A DNA stretch of 63,676 nt, counting the filler, from Asterionella formosa (taxonomy: Eukaryota): the NCBI GenBank assembly GCA_002256025.1. It is 25 parts of 25 records of this genome, joined end to end, with 100 filler letters (N's around TTAATTAATTAA, not from the genome) between each part and the next. Parts side by side here need not be neighbours in the genome. Positions count along the whole stretch, not along the records: positions 23,016 to 25,468 come from NKIB01015245.1; positions 25,569 to 28,020 come from NKIB01015246.1; positions 28,121 to 30,572 come from NKIB01015247.1; positions 30,673 to 33,124 come from NKIB01015248.1; positions 33,225 to 35,675 come from NKIB01015249.1; positions 35,776 to 38,224 come from NKIB01015250.1; 19 more parts are not named here. The stretch is one strand, 5' to 3'. The translations under genes and the position numbers were made by a program. The notes beneath the pieces are model-generated. The model did no database searches. It had not been told where the DNA came from and saw nothing but the letters and a program-made list of their open reading frames with translations. Shown here piece by piece: positions 25,331 through 37,147 of this stretch (within the stretch, counting starts at the first letter, position 1; every line of letters starts with the position of its first letter).

Positions 25331-25468
25331 CATCTAAGCCGCGAAATACGCCACTTTTCGAAATTTCGTCTACATATGAGTGTTAATTATGTGGTACTTC
25401 ACATGCATTAATGCCACTCTTCACGTAAAAAAGATTACTTTTAACGGTTTCATGTGAAGTTTTAACTG
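25331..25468. mobile_element. Left end of the CATCTAAG-TIR transposon
   Basis: CATCTAAGCCGCGAAATACGCCACTTTTCGAAATTTCG..., near-identical to the copies at 35549 and 47862. Confidence 0.85.
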
Positions 25469-25568
25469 NNNNNNNNNNNNNNNNNNNNNNNNNNNNNNNN
25501 NNNNNNNNNNNNTTAATTAATTAANNNNNNNNNNNNNNNNNNNNNNNNNNNNNNNNNNNNNNNNNNNN

Positions 25569-25990
25569 TGTATTAAAATACTGTGAGAATTTGAACAGCA
25601 TGTGATTGCCAAGAACTATATAAGCAAACCAAGGTAAATATTTGAAAGGAGAATGTTTTAAGTAATCAATATTTCACTGAAGGAAAGGTATATATGCAAT
25701 TCAGATAGCATTGAATATTCACGATTGTTCTACAAAGTAAGTGGAGTTGAGTTGTCAGTTGAGAGTTGAATGGCTGTCTAACAGCACCATGAATATCTAT
25801 GTACAAATTTGGAAAGAGAATTTTAATAATTGCTGGTTTGTTTGTATGAATGATTACAAGATAGATCAAAAAAGCTCACAATAAGGTGGGATTAAAACAG
25901 AATGTTTTAGTACACGGAGCTCAGGTTGTCTGGATTGAGCTAGCATTGCAGCCAGACTGCAAAAGAATTTAACACATTGACACCATACAT
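25569..25990. repeat. Dispersed repeat, unclassified (decayed coding-like)
   Basis: Reverse-complement homology to about 45295-45695 over ~400 bp; no recognisable domain. Confidence 0.75.
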
Positions 25991-26289
25991 GTTTGTATTG
26001 TTTTTAAAATCAAGTTGTATGTCACAATGAATTTTTCAAATATTGAGTGCATCTTGAACTCTGAAAGAAATTAGGCAGTTCTAATATAAAATAGTTTCGT
26101 CTTAAATTACTTGTATGATTGTTAATCATCACATGAAAAAATATCATGCGAAATTCTAGTTGCGAGTTCTTCTGCGAAGTTTGCCTACTTCTGAGAAGTT
26201 GGCGTTCTTTTGCAAAGTTCGTGAGCTTCTTGAAAATTACACGCAAGTATCGTTTCGTCAAAGCGAATTTGAGCTCTGATATGGCATTA

Positions 26290-27339
26290 AGGTTCCTGTA
26301 TTTTATCCCTTAAGCAAAAATTAAAATATTGCTTAGGGTTGCCGAAATTCCCTGGAACTAAGAATTTATAGGGGCTATTTTTGAATTACATGATTCCATT
26401 TGACATATTCAAATCAGTGGAAATTTGCGCGTACATTCTAGATTCCTTTTTGAAATCGCTTAATATATATATATACATTGTACATCACTATATATGTATA
26501 TACAAACAATTATTTTTCTTAGCATATATGACCCAGCAGCTCAGCAAATACTTGAAAGTGCACTCAACGAGTGGTACACAGCATGTGATGTCCAATGATG
26601 ATCATCTACTGGTACCCATACTGGATATTGTGCCGGCCTACCGGTACGCCAAAGGAAATGTTACATTTGTATCCAATGTGGCCTGTGTGGGTTTTCAATT
26701 CCTTGCATAATCAAACGGAGGCAAGTATTTCGCAATAAGCCAATCAGTACATATATAATACTGCACGCACTTACAATGGAATCTTTGGTACAGGATATTT
26801 TAAGATTAAATATTGCATCACAAGACTCTGATTCAGATGATGATGACGTTTCGGCGCTAAGTGGTTCTGATTCCGATATTTTGGAGACCGTAGAAAAGGC
26901 CGATTTTGTCGAATTTTTGGACGACGATAGCTCAACATTGGCTGGGTCTGAAGGCGATTTAGATACATATGTAACCTTCAAATAGCATGAGTATATAACT
27001 TCTGGCCAGAAACTGCAGAAAGGAACTTGGGTTTTTTTGTTATGCCAAATAAAGTGATTTCCCCCAAAATTTCTTGTCTTTATAGCATAGTTTAAAAACA
27101 GAAGTTCCTTTCTGCAGTTTCTCGCCAGATCCTATATCCTGACGATATATAACGTCGACCTATACCCCTACCTTTGTCAATGACTTTATCTAAGCGTATG
27201 GAAAGGGTTTATGTTGGTGAAAGCGTCATTAAGCGTTATACATATTTGATTTATATGTGAAAAGTACGTTTTTGATTAGTCTGACTCAATGTTATTTTTC
27301 CAACCCTACCTCTAAACTAGGGTTGAAATGCAGGAACCT
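26290..27339. mobile_element. Complete 1050-bp non-autonomous PIF/Harbinger (Tourist-like) element
   Basis: 21-bp imperfect TIRs AGGTTCCTGTATTTTATCCCT and AGGGTTGAAATGCAGGAACCT, with TTA on both sides (26287-26289, 27340-27342). A second copy starts at 29211. Confidence 0.88.
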
Positions 27340-27356
27340 TTATGGTGGTTCAGGTA

Positions 27357-27452
27357 CCTGCAAGTTACAGTTATTTTGCTGAAACTAAATGTTTAGCTAT
27401 CTTTATCCCGTTTTAAATTGTTAGTTTAAGCAAAATTACCGCAACTTTCTGG
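27357..27452. mobile_element. ~100-bp TA-flanked CCWGCAA MITE
   Basis: TA|CCTGCAAGTTACAGTTATTTTGC...GCAAAATTACCGCAACTTTCTGG|TA. Confidence 0.75.
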
Positions 27453-28606
27453 TATATTAGTATCATCCAGAAATCATCGAATGTCATGCTGTGGTGGGAA
27501 TAAAATAAAAAATTGACAAATATAAACATGAAAGGAAAGCGACAAATATAAAATGAGCCTCTACAATGCAAGGGATACAAGAGCATACTTTTTTCTATGA
27601 TGTCCTATAAATATGGAATAATCTATGGTAAAGATTATGAGTTCAGTGATGAGCAGCCCAGTGTAATCCAACCGGATGATACATAGACTACAAATGGATG
27701 GATCTCAAGGTTTTTGGTTGGCCAGATCCATCACATGCTGACAATCCAACATTAGGGCGCTCAACTTCACTTGAGTATATGTATTTCCGGGAGATGCCGG
27801 CTCAATGGTATGATGTTTTTGCCACTTTTGGGCCGATCACTACTTTCTGACGCATTTATCTGATTATCTCAAACACAAGACGTAATCAACAACTAGATAT
27901 GTTGTATCCGGCGTAACATCAGGAACAACTTTGTCATGCTAAATGTAGTCATAACTGGAAAATTAGAAAAATTCAATGTATACATTGTGAATATTATATC
28001 GTTAAGGTTGCAGCCCCGGCNNNNNNNNNNNNNNNNNNNNNNNNNNNNNNNNNNNNNNNNNNNNTTAATTAATTAANNNNNNNNNNNNNNNNNNNNNNNN
28101 NNNNNNNNNNNNNNNNNNNNAAGGAATGATAATGAGAAATGATGGACCATCGAGGACCTTCAAATGATAGATACGCAGACTTACCAGGGTACGTTCCGTA
28201 GAGAACTGTACTAGGAAGCCGTATGATAGTGAGACAAGAATTCGTAATAACTGGCAAATGGAGGGAGACTTTTCCCGAATCGAGCAGAGGTCATGAGATT
28301 TGTTGGCCCGTCCCTGGACTCTCTAAAGATACTTACCGGTATGCAATTCTGTACAGGTAAACAAGACACCCGGTAGATCACCTTTTTCTTTTATGTACTG
28401 ATACTCGACACTTTTCGACAAAGAATTCAGTTGGGCCCATTTTAATTTCCGCCTACCGGTATTTATATCCATGCAACAAACCGGCTCATGATACAGCTCC
28501 CTGCCTGCATACCGGTACATGGAGACCTAACAGCACCACCATTTCTGCGTACTCCAAGGTACATGGTAACTAACGGTACCAGGTACTCCAGGTAGCAAAA
28601 GGTGCA

Positions 28607-28684
28607 CAGTGGAAGGTCCGGTAATCGAGATATTTAGCATTTTTTTTTCCTGAGAATAAAACGTGTTTTACCGGACCTTCCCTG
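28607..28684. repeat. 78-bp inverted-repeat mini-element
   Basis: CAGTGGAAGGTCCGGTAA...TTACCGGACCTTCCCTG, with a 14-bp perfect inverted core. Confidence 0.55.
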
Positions 28685-29210
28685 GTACATGGTGTACTGA
28701 ACATCAGTAGGTCAGTTACACGACTAGCTCTACCAAAAATCAGTGGTGAGGGAGTACAGGTACCTGGTACCTGGTGACCAGGTGTACACCGTCGTAACTG
28801 TAGTACGGTAAACAGTATACCTATTGTCTATGTACTGTCGTGGTGAGCCCAATAAGAATTTTCGTCCCTGATGGTTCGTTTTCCATTCGCAACACAATTC
28901 GCGGTCGAGGCATTTGTCCGATCGTGAACAAACTTTTATACTTATGTAGCTGAAGATGCAATTAAATGTTCTTTGTTGTGTGATCTATAATAGATCTACA
29001 TACAGGAATATCATTTAATAAGAGTTGCGCGTTTTTTCATTTCAACTTGTATCCCGAAACTTACTGATCCTCCTCCTATGCATATGTACTGCTTGGGATT
29101 AATTTTTGATACCGGTAGATTCTTTTATATGATGCTGCGAGTAGATATATACTACCTGGTACTCTACCTGTTACGGAATACCGGTATTTCATAGTAAAAG
29201 TGATTAATTA

Positions 29211-30272
29211 AGGTTCCTGCATTTCAACCCTAGTTTAGAGGTAGGCTTAAAAAAATAATATTAAGTCAGAGAACTCAAACACACACTTCGTACGAGTAAA
29301 ACATAAATGTGTATCGCTTAACGGAGCTTTCACCAAAATACACCCTTTCCATATGCTTACCGGTAGATACAGTCATTGACCAAAGTAGGGGTATAGGGCA
29401 ACGCTATATATTGTCAGGATATAGGATCTGGCGAGAAACTGCAGAAAGGAACTTCGGTTTTTAAACTATGCTATAAGGACTAGAAATTTCGGGGGAAATC
29501 ACATTATTTGGTATAGTAAAAAAACCGAAGTTCCTTTCTACAGTTTCTCACCAGATTTTATATACTGATGCTGCTATTTGAAGGTTACCTATGTATCTGA
29601 ATCGGCTTCAGGCCCAGCCAACGTTGAGCTATCGTCGTCCGAAAATTCGACAAAATCGGCCTTTTCTACGGTCTCCAAAATGTCGGAAGCTGAACCACTT
29701 AGCGCCGAAACGTCATCATCTGAATCAGAGTCTTGTGATGCAATATTTAGTCGTAAAATTTCCTGTACCAAAACTTCCATTGTGAGTGTGCGCAGTATTA
29801 TATATGTACTGATTGGCTATTGCGAAATACTTACTTCCGTTTGATTGTGTGAGGAATTGCAAACCCACACCGGCCACACTGGATACACATGTAACATTTG
29901 CTTGGGTGTATCGTAGGCCGGTACCAGGTACCTGGTACTATATCCAGTGCGGGGACCAGGTACCAGTATATGATCATCATTGGACATCATATGTGTGGTA
30001 CCTGGTACCACTCGTGGATTGCACTTTCAAATATTTGCCGAGCCGCCGGGTCGTATGTAAGAACAATACTCGTTGGTACATATGCACACAGTGATGTACA
30101 ATTTCTATATATATATTTAGCTATTTCAAAAAGGAATCTATGTACGTACGCGCAAATTTCCACTGATTTGAATATTTCAAACGGAATCATGTCATTCAAA
30201 AATAGGTCAGATAAATTCTTAGTTCCAGGGAATTTCGGCAACCATAAGCAATATTTTAATTTTTGCCTTAGG
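29211..30272. mobile_element. Second, inverted copy of the 1050-bp Tourist-like element, one TIR truncated
   Basis: TTA|AGGTTCCTGCATTTCAACCCT at 29211; collinear reverse-complement homology with 26290-27339, lost about 17 nt before the other terminus. Confidence 0.85.
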
Positions 30273-30672
30273 GTCGTTCTTATCATTTTCGATTTGGTAT
30301 CATTTTTTTTGAAAAAGTATCATGTAACGGCTACTCGATTTAAACCGAAAAAATCCATTCTCCACAAAAATAAAAATGAAATTGTATCACCCAAAAAGTA
30401 TCACGAAAATTCAACGGTTACGGGCTGGCTACAATCATGTGCATATCCCTCCAGGCTTCCCTCCAGACTATTTCGATAATTTTCCATTACTAAAACCATG
30501 TAGGAAAACTACGCGTATTATGTAGCAGTATGGAATATATAGCTGACATACCTGCTTAATTCTTGATTTGCCNNNNNNNNNNNNNNNNNNNNNNNNNNNN
30601 NNNNNNNNNNNNNNNNTTAATTAATTAANNNNNNNNNNNNNNNNNNNNNNNNNNNNNNNNNNNNNNNNNNNN

Positions 30673-33124
30673 TTGATTTCAAATCGTCTACGTGCCAAGT
30701 AACTGTGTGCTGTTTGCCATTAACAATGCGATTTGCAACACATGGATCATATGGGTTTACCTTGAATCCAATTGACTCAATATCCTTCCGAAATTTCTTG
30801 TAATATAATAATGATGACTGTAACATGCCATATAATGCCTTGATCATCCTAACATATAGGACCTTGTTGTTCCCTTCATAAACAACATATTTTTCATAAG
30901 TCTCGGGGCTGAGTTCTGTCAACATATTGACAAGTAAACCTCTAATCTTCATAATGATTCGCTCCCCTTTTTCTTTCTCATCGATATCCACTTGCACAAA
31001 TGCATTGGGTATATCTGCAGTCATAACATCGCGATTTTGCTTCGCATCAATTGTTGCTGTTATCATAACAGATTCAGTCATGGTAGTTGGACTAGCTGCT
31101 TCATCTCTTTCCATGTATTCACGTTGCGAACTGCCATTGGCACATGCTCTGCCTTTAATGCTCTTGTCTCTCTTTTCAACCAAAAAAATTAGACTTTCCA
31201 TTGCACGTCGCTTTTCAATATCGGTTAGGTCTTCAATCCTAATCGGTTCAAACACAACTCTATCGTGTAGTTGTTTCATTTCCTTATAAGCAGCGTCTCT
31301 TCCTTTCTGGCCAAATTTCTTGAGGCCTTTCCTTAAGCTGTATGACTGAACAAAGTGAAATGCTTCTTTATCGATACACATCTCATTCATATAACACATT
31401 GTCTTTGCGATCACTTTCGCATTATCAATCGTGTATTCTTCTCGACAGTGTGCTTGGGTATGCAAATGATTTTGGACCATAGTTAGTTTTGATGGTGGTC
31501 TTGAGACTCTTCCAGACCTTGTAATTCTAACATTTGGGTCTGAGTCATCCTGAGTGCTTGGATTGATTTCTAACATTGCCTCTTCATTTTCAGTTTCAGT
31601 TGCTTGCTCTTCATCCTCATCTTGGATTTCATCTGCATTCATTTCAATATTATTCTCATTGTTGCCCTCGTCAGGTTCAGGGTCATCCTCTTGAGTATTG
31701 TCATTTAATTCGAGCTGTTCTGCTTCATATATTTCATCCGGAGTCATTTCATCATAGTCTTCTTCTCCGAGAATTTCATCATTGCTTTCGTTGTCACTAG
31801 CATCTTGATCTTCATAATCTTCGTCTTGTGCATCTTCAAATGCTTCATTATCATAATCCACTCCTGCAATCCAAGCACTATCATAAAATAGTTGTCCCGT
31901 TCGATTTGCTATCTTGAGACCATCTGGCATATTTTCCTGCACAGCAAGGGCATGTACTTGATTCATGATTGCTGGGGTAAGTGGTAGAGGAGTAATTGTT
32001 CGTCTAGTGATCAATGAATTCGTAGGTAGGTGTAACAATTCATGACCTCCTTGCACATTGTCATTGTAGCGTAGAAAAATGCAATCTAGGCTGCGAGGTG
32101 CATTTGTGTTTGAAAACACAGGTTCTTCATGTGCTTGGACATAAGTGCCAAATGTATACTGGCAATGTCGAGCATAGTCCAGGTTTCGTTGATGTAAAAT
32201 CATACGAGGACTGTAATACGGGGATATCCCGTTCTTTGCCGGAAAGAAATTCAGTTTCCTTGCAGATTCTGTCACTAGAATCTTAATCATCAGTCGCGGC
32301 AAATGGTTGAAAGGTAATCGATGATAAGCTGCTCGCACGCGTTCTTTAATCACTCGATTATTTCGCTCCGCTTCGGGAACATGTTCTTGTGGGTTTGCGT
32401 AGTTCATAGTGACTTGAAATTCATTGGAAATTTGTTCCATCAAAGGTCGAAACTCATTGTCACAGTGGATTGTTGTAATTTTAAATCCTCCGGTATTATA
32501 AACACGGAATACTTGAATCAAAGCATCTCGATAGACTTCAGCTGTCTGATTCTTGACCCATTGCGCTGTCCTATACATAATGTTTCGAGAAATTGTTGTG
32601 AGAAATGATTGTCCATTGACTTTCATTCCATCCATGCAAAGAGTCACTTCGCGTTGAGCTTGGATAAGCTCCTTAGGAATCTCGATGTAGTCGTTCACGA
32701 CTGGCAGCGGCTTGCGACGAGTTGTCTTGCCTTTTAGTGTTCCGATGTCAGGTCCAAAAATTTTCTCTGCAATTTTGATATCATCGGTAGTCACTGGATT
32801 ATTGTTGATCGTATTCATACGAATTATTGCCTTGAAATCATTAATTGATGGTGTACCCAAGGCATGAAATAGATCACGAGCTCGCTTAGCTCTCTGAAAT
32901 TGACGTTCAGTGTAAAATGTTTTGTTTTCTTCAAGTGTATTTAACATTTGAGCATTCTCCGCTCTCGTTCTTGTAGTTGGCTTGAAAACATATAAGTTCA
33001 TCCCAATTCTTTCAAATCGAACTGTTTTGTCAGGCAAATGAACAATGAATGCATCTTCTTTCTCAGAGTCATAGGTAATTCTGTACCTATCTGCCATTTC
33101 GGCATAACTGAAGATGTTTGTGAT
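30673..33124 (-). mobile_element. Ty1/Copia gag-pol, open internal fragment (integrase, acidic linker, RT)
   Basis: Over 800 codons without a stop. Integrase residues in LCMDGMKVNG, HCDNEF, EHVPEAERNNRVIKER; RT motifs KGRACANGS, TADIPNAF, KALYGML, NPYDPCVAN, WHVDD. Confidence 0.95.
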
Positions 33125-33224
33125 NNNNNNNNNNNNNNNNNNNNNNNNNNNNNNNNNNNNNNNNNNNNTTAATTAATTAANNNNNNNNNNNNNNNNNNNN
33201 NNNNNNNNNNNNNNNNNNNNNNNN

Positions 33225-35520
33225 TTGATGATGATGAAACCCTGGCAATCTCAAATTCACCATTTCCATCTTCTTCAATCAGAAGAGAATATCGAGTACC
33301 TCCTGTTTTGGATTTCACAATTCCAACGTCAACTGGGACAGCTTCCAATTTATATTGCAAATCTCCAATATCTTCGCCAAGAAACTGACTACAAGCGGTT
33401 CCGATCACCATGTTCTCCACCATTCTCGCCCCACTTTGAATATCCATGACATCTTTGCGTTTCTGGGAAGTCCTGGCTGGTAATTTACACAAGAATTTAA
33501 GATTCTTTTCCATTGGGCCTCCATTAAAAACCTGTGGACTTCCGAAACGATGAATGTTTCTTACAGTATGCATCTGTTGATGAAACTTCACAAGCTTCCA
33601 TCCCTGAGAGGTTGTTGTTCTCGGGCATTCTTTTACCAGCTTAGTAAAATAGTTGACAACGCTTTGGTGTTCCTGTGGTAAATTTCCCACACCAAAACTC
33701 TCTTTACTAAACCAGGCATTGTAGCAGAGCATCCCTTCGAATAGACCTTGAAAGTTTCGAATTTCTTGATTGGTCATACCACTTTCTTCTCGGCAGATTT
33801 TGATTCCAGCATCACATGCCATGACAACACAGGCAATAAGCATCACTCCGATTCTTTCGTTAGCAGTTATTTTCGTTTTGCAACCATGAAAGCCGAAATT
33901 GAAGGAACAACAAGGAAGGTCTTGGTCACTCTGGTGAAGGAAGAGTTTAGATATTTTGTTGAACAACTGGTCAAACAGTTTTCGATTGGAATTACCCTTT
34001 ACTGTTTTGGGACGCCCGATCATATAAGAATATAGCTCCATGAGGTGATCCATTATTCCTTCTTGAATGGAATGGAGTTTTTCAGGAGGAACGTGCCCAT
34101 TAACACCAAGAGGATCGCCACCAAAACACAACTGATACCAAAAGGGATAGATGAATCTTTGGCTCACCTTATCCAATAAATCTTTTATGCCCCTGATTAA
34201 TAGTTCCTCGTAATCAATCTGACCTACAGGACTGCATTCATGAGATGGATTGTCCATTTGATCAAACGGACAATCACATTCACGACACATTCTGGCAGTC
34301 TTTAGATATGTTTTCTTTCGTCCGCATTGTCCATCTAAACCTTCAGCATCACCGAGAATTAGACCAACCGGAACTTTCACATTAAGTGTAATTTGATTGC
34401 CTCCGAAATTGAAAATGTGTTTGAATCCACCAGCTTGTTGGACATTCTTGACCCCCTCAAGAATCACACCAAGGACAGCGTAAAAATCGGATTCCTTTTG
34501 ATCAGGGGTTAGGGACTGGATTTCAGATAGACTTGATGAGGTCAGCTTTGGGATCAATCCGATTGGCCGCCATGCATTGACCTTATTTCTCACATTGGTA
34601 GTAAATATACCAAGTGACATTAGGACAGGCTCCATTGTGTACTTTCCTTTTTCAACCGTGTGTGTCTTGTCAATAAAGAACATGAGTGGAACAAGGAAGT
34701 CATTTGGCTGAGAACATAAATATTCATGGGCATCTATCCACCAGGTACCAGTGTGAAATTCGGATCTGACACTGGTGGGTTGTGGTGCTTTACACGGATT
34801 GACGAAATCAAATGACACATTTTGTGGTGACATTAGTGTGTCATTTGTCAAGAGATTCTTAACCTGAGCCATGAAATCAAAACATACAACATCAATCAGT
34901 TTTCCATCATGCAATATGGCCTGTTTCACCTGGGGAGTTAAATCATTCATGGTAAATCGGTTTTGAAATTCTTTCAGAACAGTGGTCCTCCTGGGAGGAC
35001 AAGATTCAAAAATGAATCCAGCTTCCTGAGCTGTGCTGCAGAAACTCATGATTTGATCATACATATAAAGAGGAGAACGGGTGCCGAGCAAAAGACTAAG
35101 CAGTCGAGACTTCATAACATCGCCAACTGAGAATGGTATACCAGGATCGGCGGAGGAAAACCTAATCCCTGTGGTGCTCAGGACTGGAATAGTATTGGTT
35201 TCATCCTGTACCACTATTTTGCTTGTATTTTCTTCATCTTCTTTTTGATCAATGTCATATATATTGGTATGATTGCCAAAATGTAGTATTTGAACATGAC
35301 AAATTTTGGCCCTTTTCTTTAATGACGACGAAAAGTCATCAGCAGCTGATGGTGGAGATTGATGAAATCCATCATATTCTTCCTGACCGTCATCTGGACC
35401 AGTTGCTGGTTTACGAAACAACTCAGCAGCTGTTTCGCATTCGGGGCTATGTGCGTAATGACGGTGAAAGGAAACAAATGGACCCTTACCACATATCAAA
35501 CAGCAATTGTCGTCATTCAT
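33225..35520 (-). mobile_element. Plavaka/CMC(EnSpm)-like transposase ORF, open, 3' truncated
   Basis: About 765 codons. N-terminal CLIC...HRHYAHSPEC zinc finger; SEFHTGTWW, PLMFFIDKT, RNKVNAWRPIGLIP, GDAEGLDGQCG, CRECDC, EKLHSIQEG, KFHQQMH...RFGSPQVFNGGPME. Confidence 0.82.
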
Positions 35521-35548
35521 GGTGATAAAACACGATTAAATAGCGATT

Positions 35549-35674
35549 CATCTAAGACGCGAAATACGCCACTTTTCGAAATTTCGTCTACGTATGAGTG
35601 TTAATTATGTGGTACTTCACATGCATTAATGCCACTCTTCACGTAAAAAAGATTACTTTTAACGGTTTCATGTG
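35549..35674. mobile_element. Left end of the CATCTAAG-TIR transposon, inserted 28 nt upstream of the Plavaka-like ATG
   Basis: CATCTAAGACGCGAAATACGCCACTTTTCG..., matching 25331 and 47862. Confidence 0.85.
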
Positions 35675-35774
35675 ANNNNNNNNNNNNNNNNNNNNNNNNN
35701 NNNNNNNNNNNNNNNNNNNTTAATTAATTAANNNNNNNNNNNNNNNNNNNNNNNNNNNNNNNNNNNNNNNNNNN

Positions 35775-37147
35775 NGTTGGAACGAGCATTGGAGCAAGCG
35801 TTGGTACCTTGGTAGGAACCAGTGTTGGAACCAGCGTTGGTACCTTGGTAGGAACCAGAGTTGGAACCAGCGTTGGTACCTTGGTAGGAACCAGAGTTGG
35901 AACCAGGGTTGGTACCTTGGTAGGGACCAGGATTGGAGCCAACGTTGGAAGTAGCGTTGGTACCTTGGTAGGAATCAGCGTTGGAACCAGCGTTGGTGCC
36001 TTGGTTGGAACTGTTGGTACCCTGGTAGGCGCGTTGGTGGCTGGTACTGGAGCCTGGGTTGGAACTGATGTTGGCACTGATGTTGGAGCAGTTGATGAGG
36101 TGCAAATAGCGGGCTTGAATGACGACCAAAGGCAAATTTGATTCTGAATCCACGGTATGTAATAGCTCACCCGAGTATATATACCGGGAACATTTGTGTC
36201 TCCGCATCCAACTCCCCCGGAAACAATACCCACTTGAATATCAGTGGCAGCACTGCTGCTGCCAGCAAGAATGAGTGGACCACCAGAGTCCCCTTGACAT
36301 GAATCTTTTCCGGCGCTGAAGGAGCAGGTCATTCCTTCATCGAAAATCGTACCATAAAAATTGTTACAAGTTGTAAAGCTCACGGCATTCAGTCCTACTT
36401 CGAGCAACACACTCGAGGCATCTCCTCCAGATGAGGTGGAACCAAATCCGAAGACAACCTCGGCAGCACCAACTGCAGGCACAGTGCTAATGGTATTCAA
36501 AGTAACAGGGGTGACTTCAGTAATGGGTGTCTTGAGCTTGATAATAAGAATATCGTCTTTCTCATTGCTGAAGGTCGGATGAGGAATAACTTTTTCCATG
36601 TAGGCCTCATAGTAGCCAGTAGTGACAGTGTCATCTTCGAGGCCCACCTGTACGAGGCTGAGTGAAAGATCAAAGTTGGACAAATCTAAGCAATGCGCAG
36701 CAGTTAGGACAATATCTTTATGAATCAAAGTACCTCCGCATGACACATAGAAGCCAGTGCCGTTTTCAAAGAATTGAACTCCGGCGAAGTATGGGTATCT
36801 GCCTTTGGCGGCTTGGTTACCTCCAACAATACGGGTTCCTAGTTCTCGAGGGCTTGGAGCACAGGAGGCGCTTATCAAATAAAGAAGGTTCAACAAGAGG
36901 GGCTTAAACTGATTCGAAGGAATGATGAGAGTTAGTTTGAAACGATAAATATCTTGACGATTTCGTGTTTTGCGAATTGAAACCCATCATTGAACCTCAC
37001 GATAAATATCGAAACTTTCTCCCATAAATCTATTCTTTTCTTGGTGGTATTATTCGCCATTATTGCGGCATCTTGCTTCGACGGATGTTTGCTTGTTTGT
37101 ACATGCTTCGTTGAAGGTCGTCGCTTACCGATACTTACATTCTTCAT
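35775..37147 (-). CDS. Secreted trypsin-like serine protease (S1A) with a Pro/Thr-rich repeat tail; exons 37147-37139 and 36908-35775 (3' truncated)
   Basis: R|IVGG activation site, LTAAHC, DDILII, DSCQGDSGGP; repeats PTKVPTLVPTLV. No in-frame ATG exists in the main exon. An intron GTAAGT...CTAAC...CAG (37138-36909) supplies MKN-FKPLLLNLLYLISASCA. Confidence 0.9.

Noticed and set aside
33225..37147. Functional linkage between adjacent genes (e.g. transposase and protease)
   Set aside because: They are on separate contigs joined by an artificial spacer.
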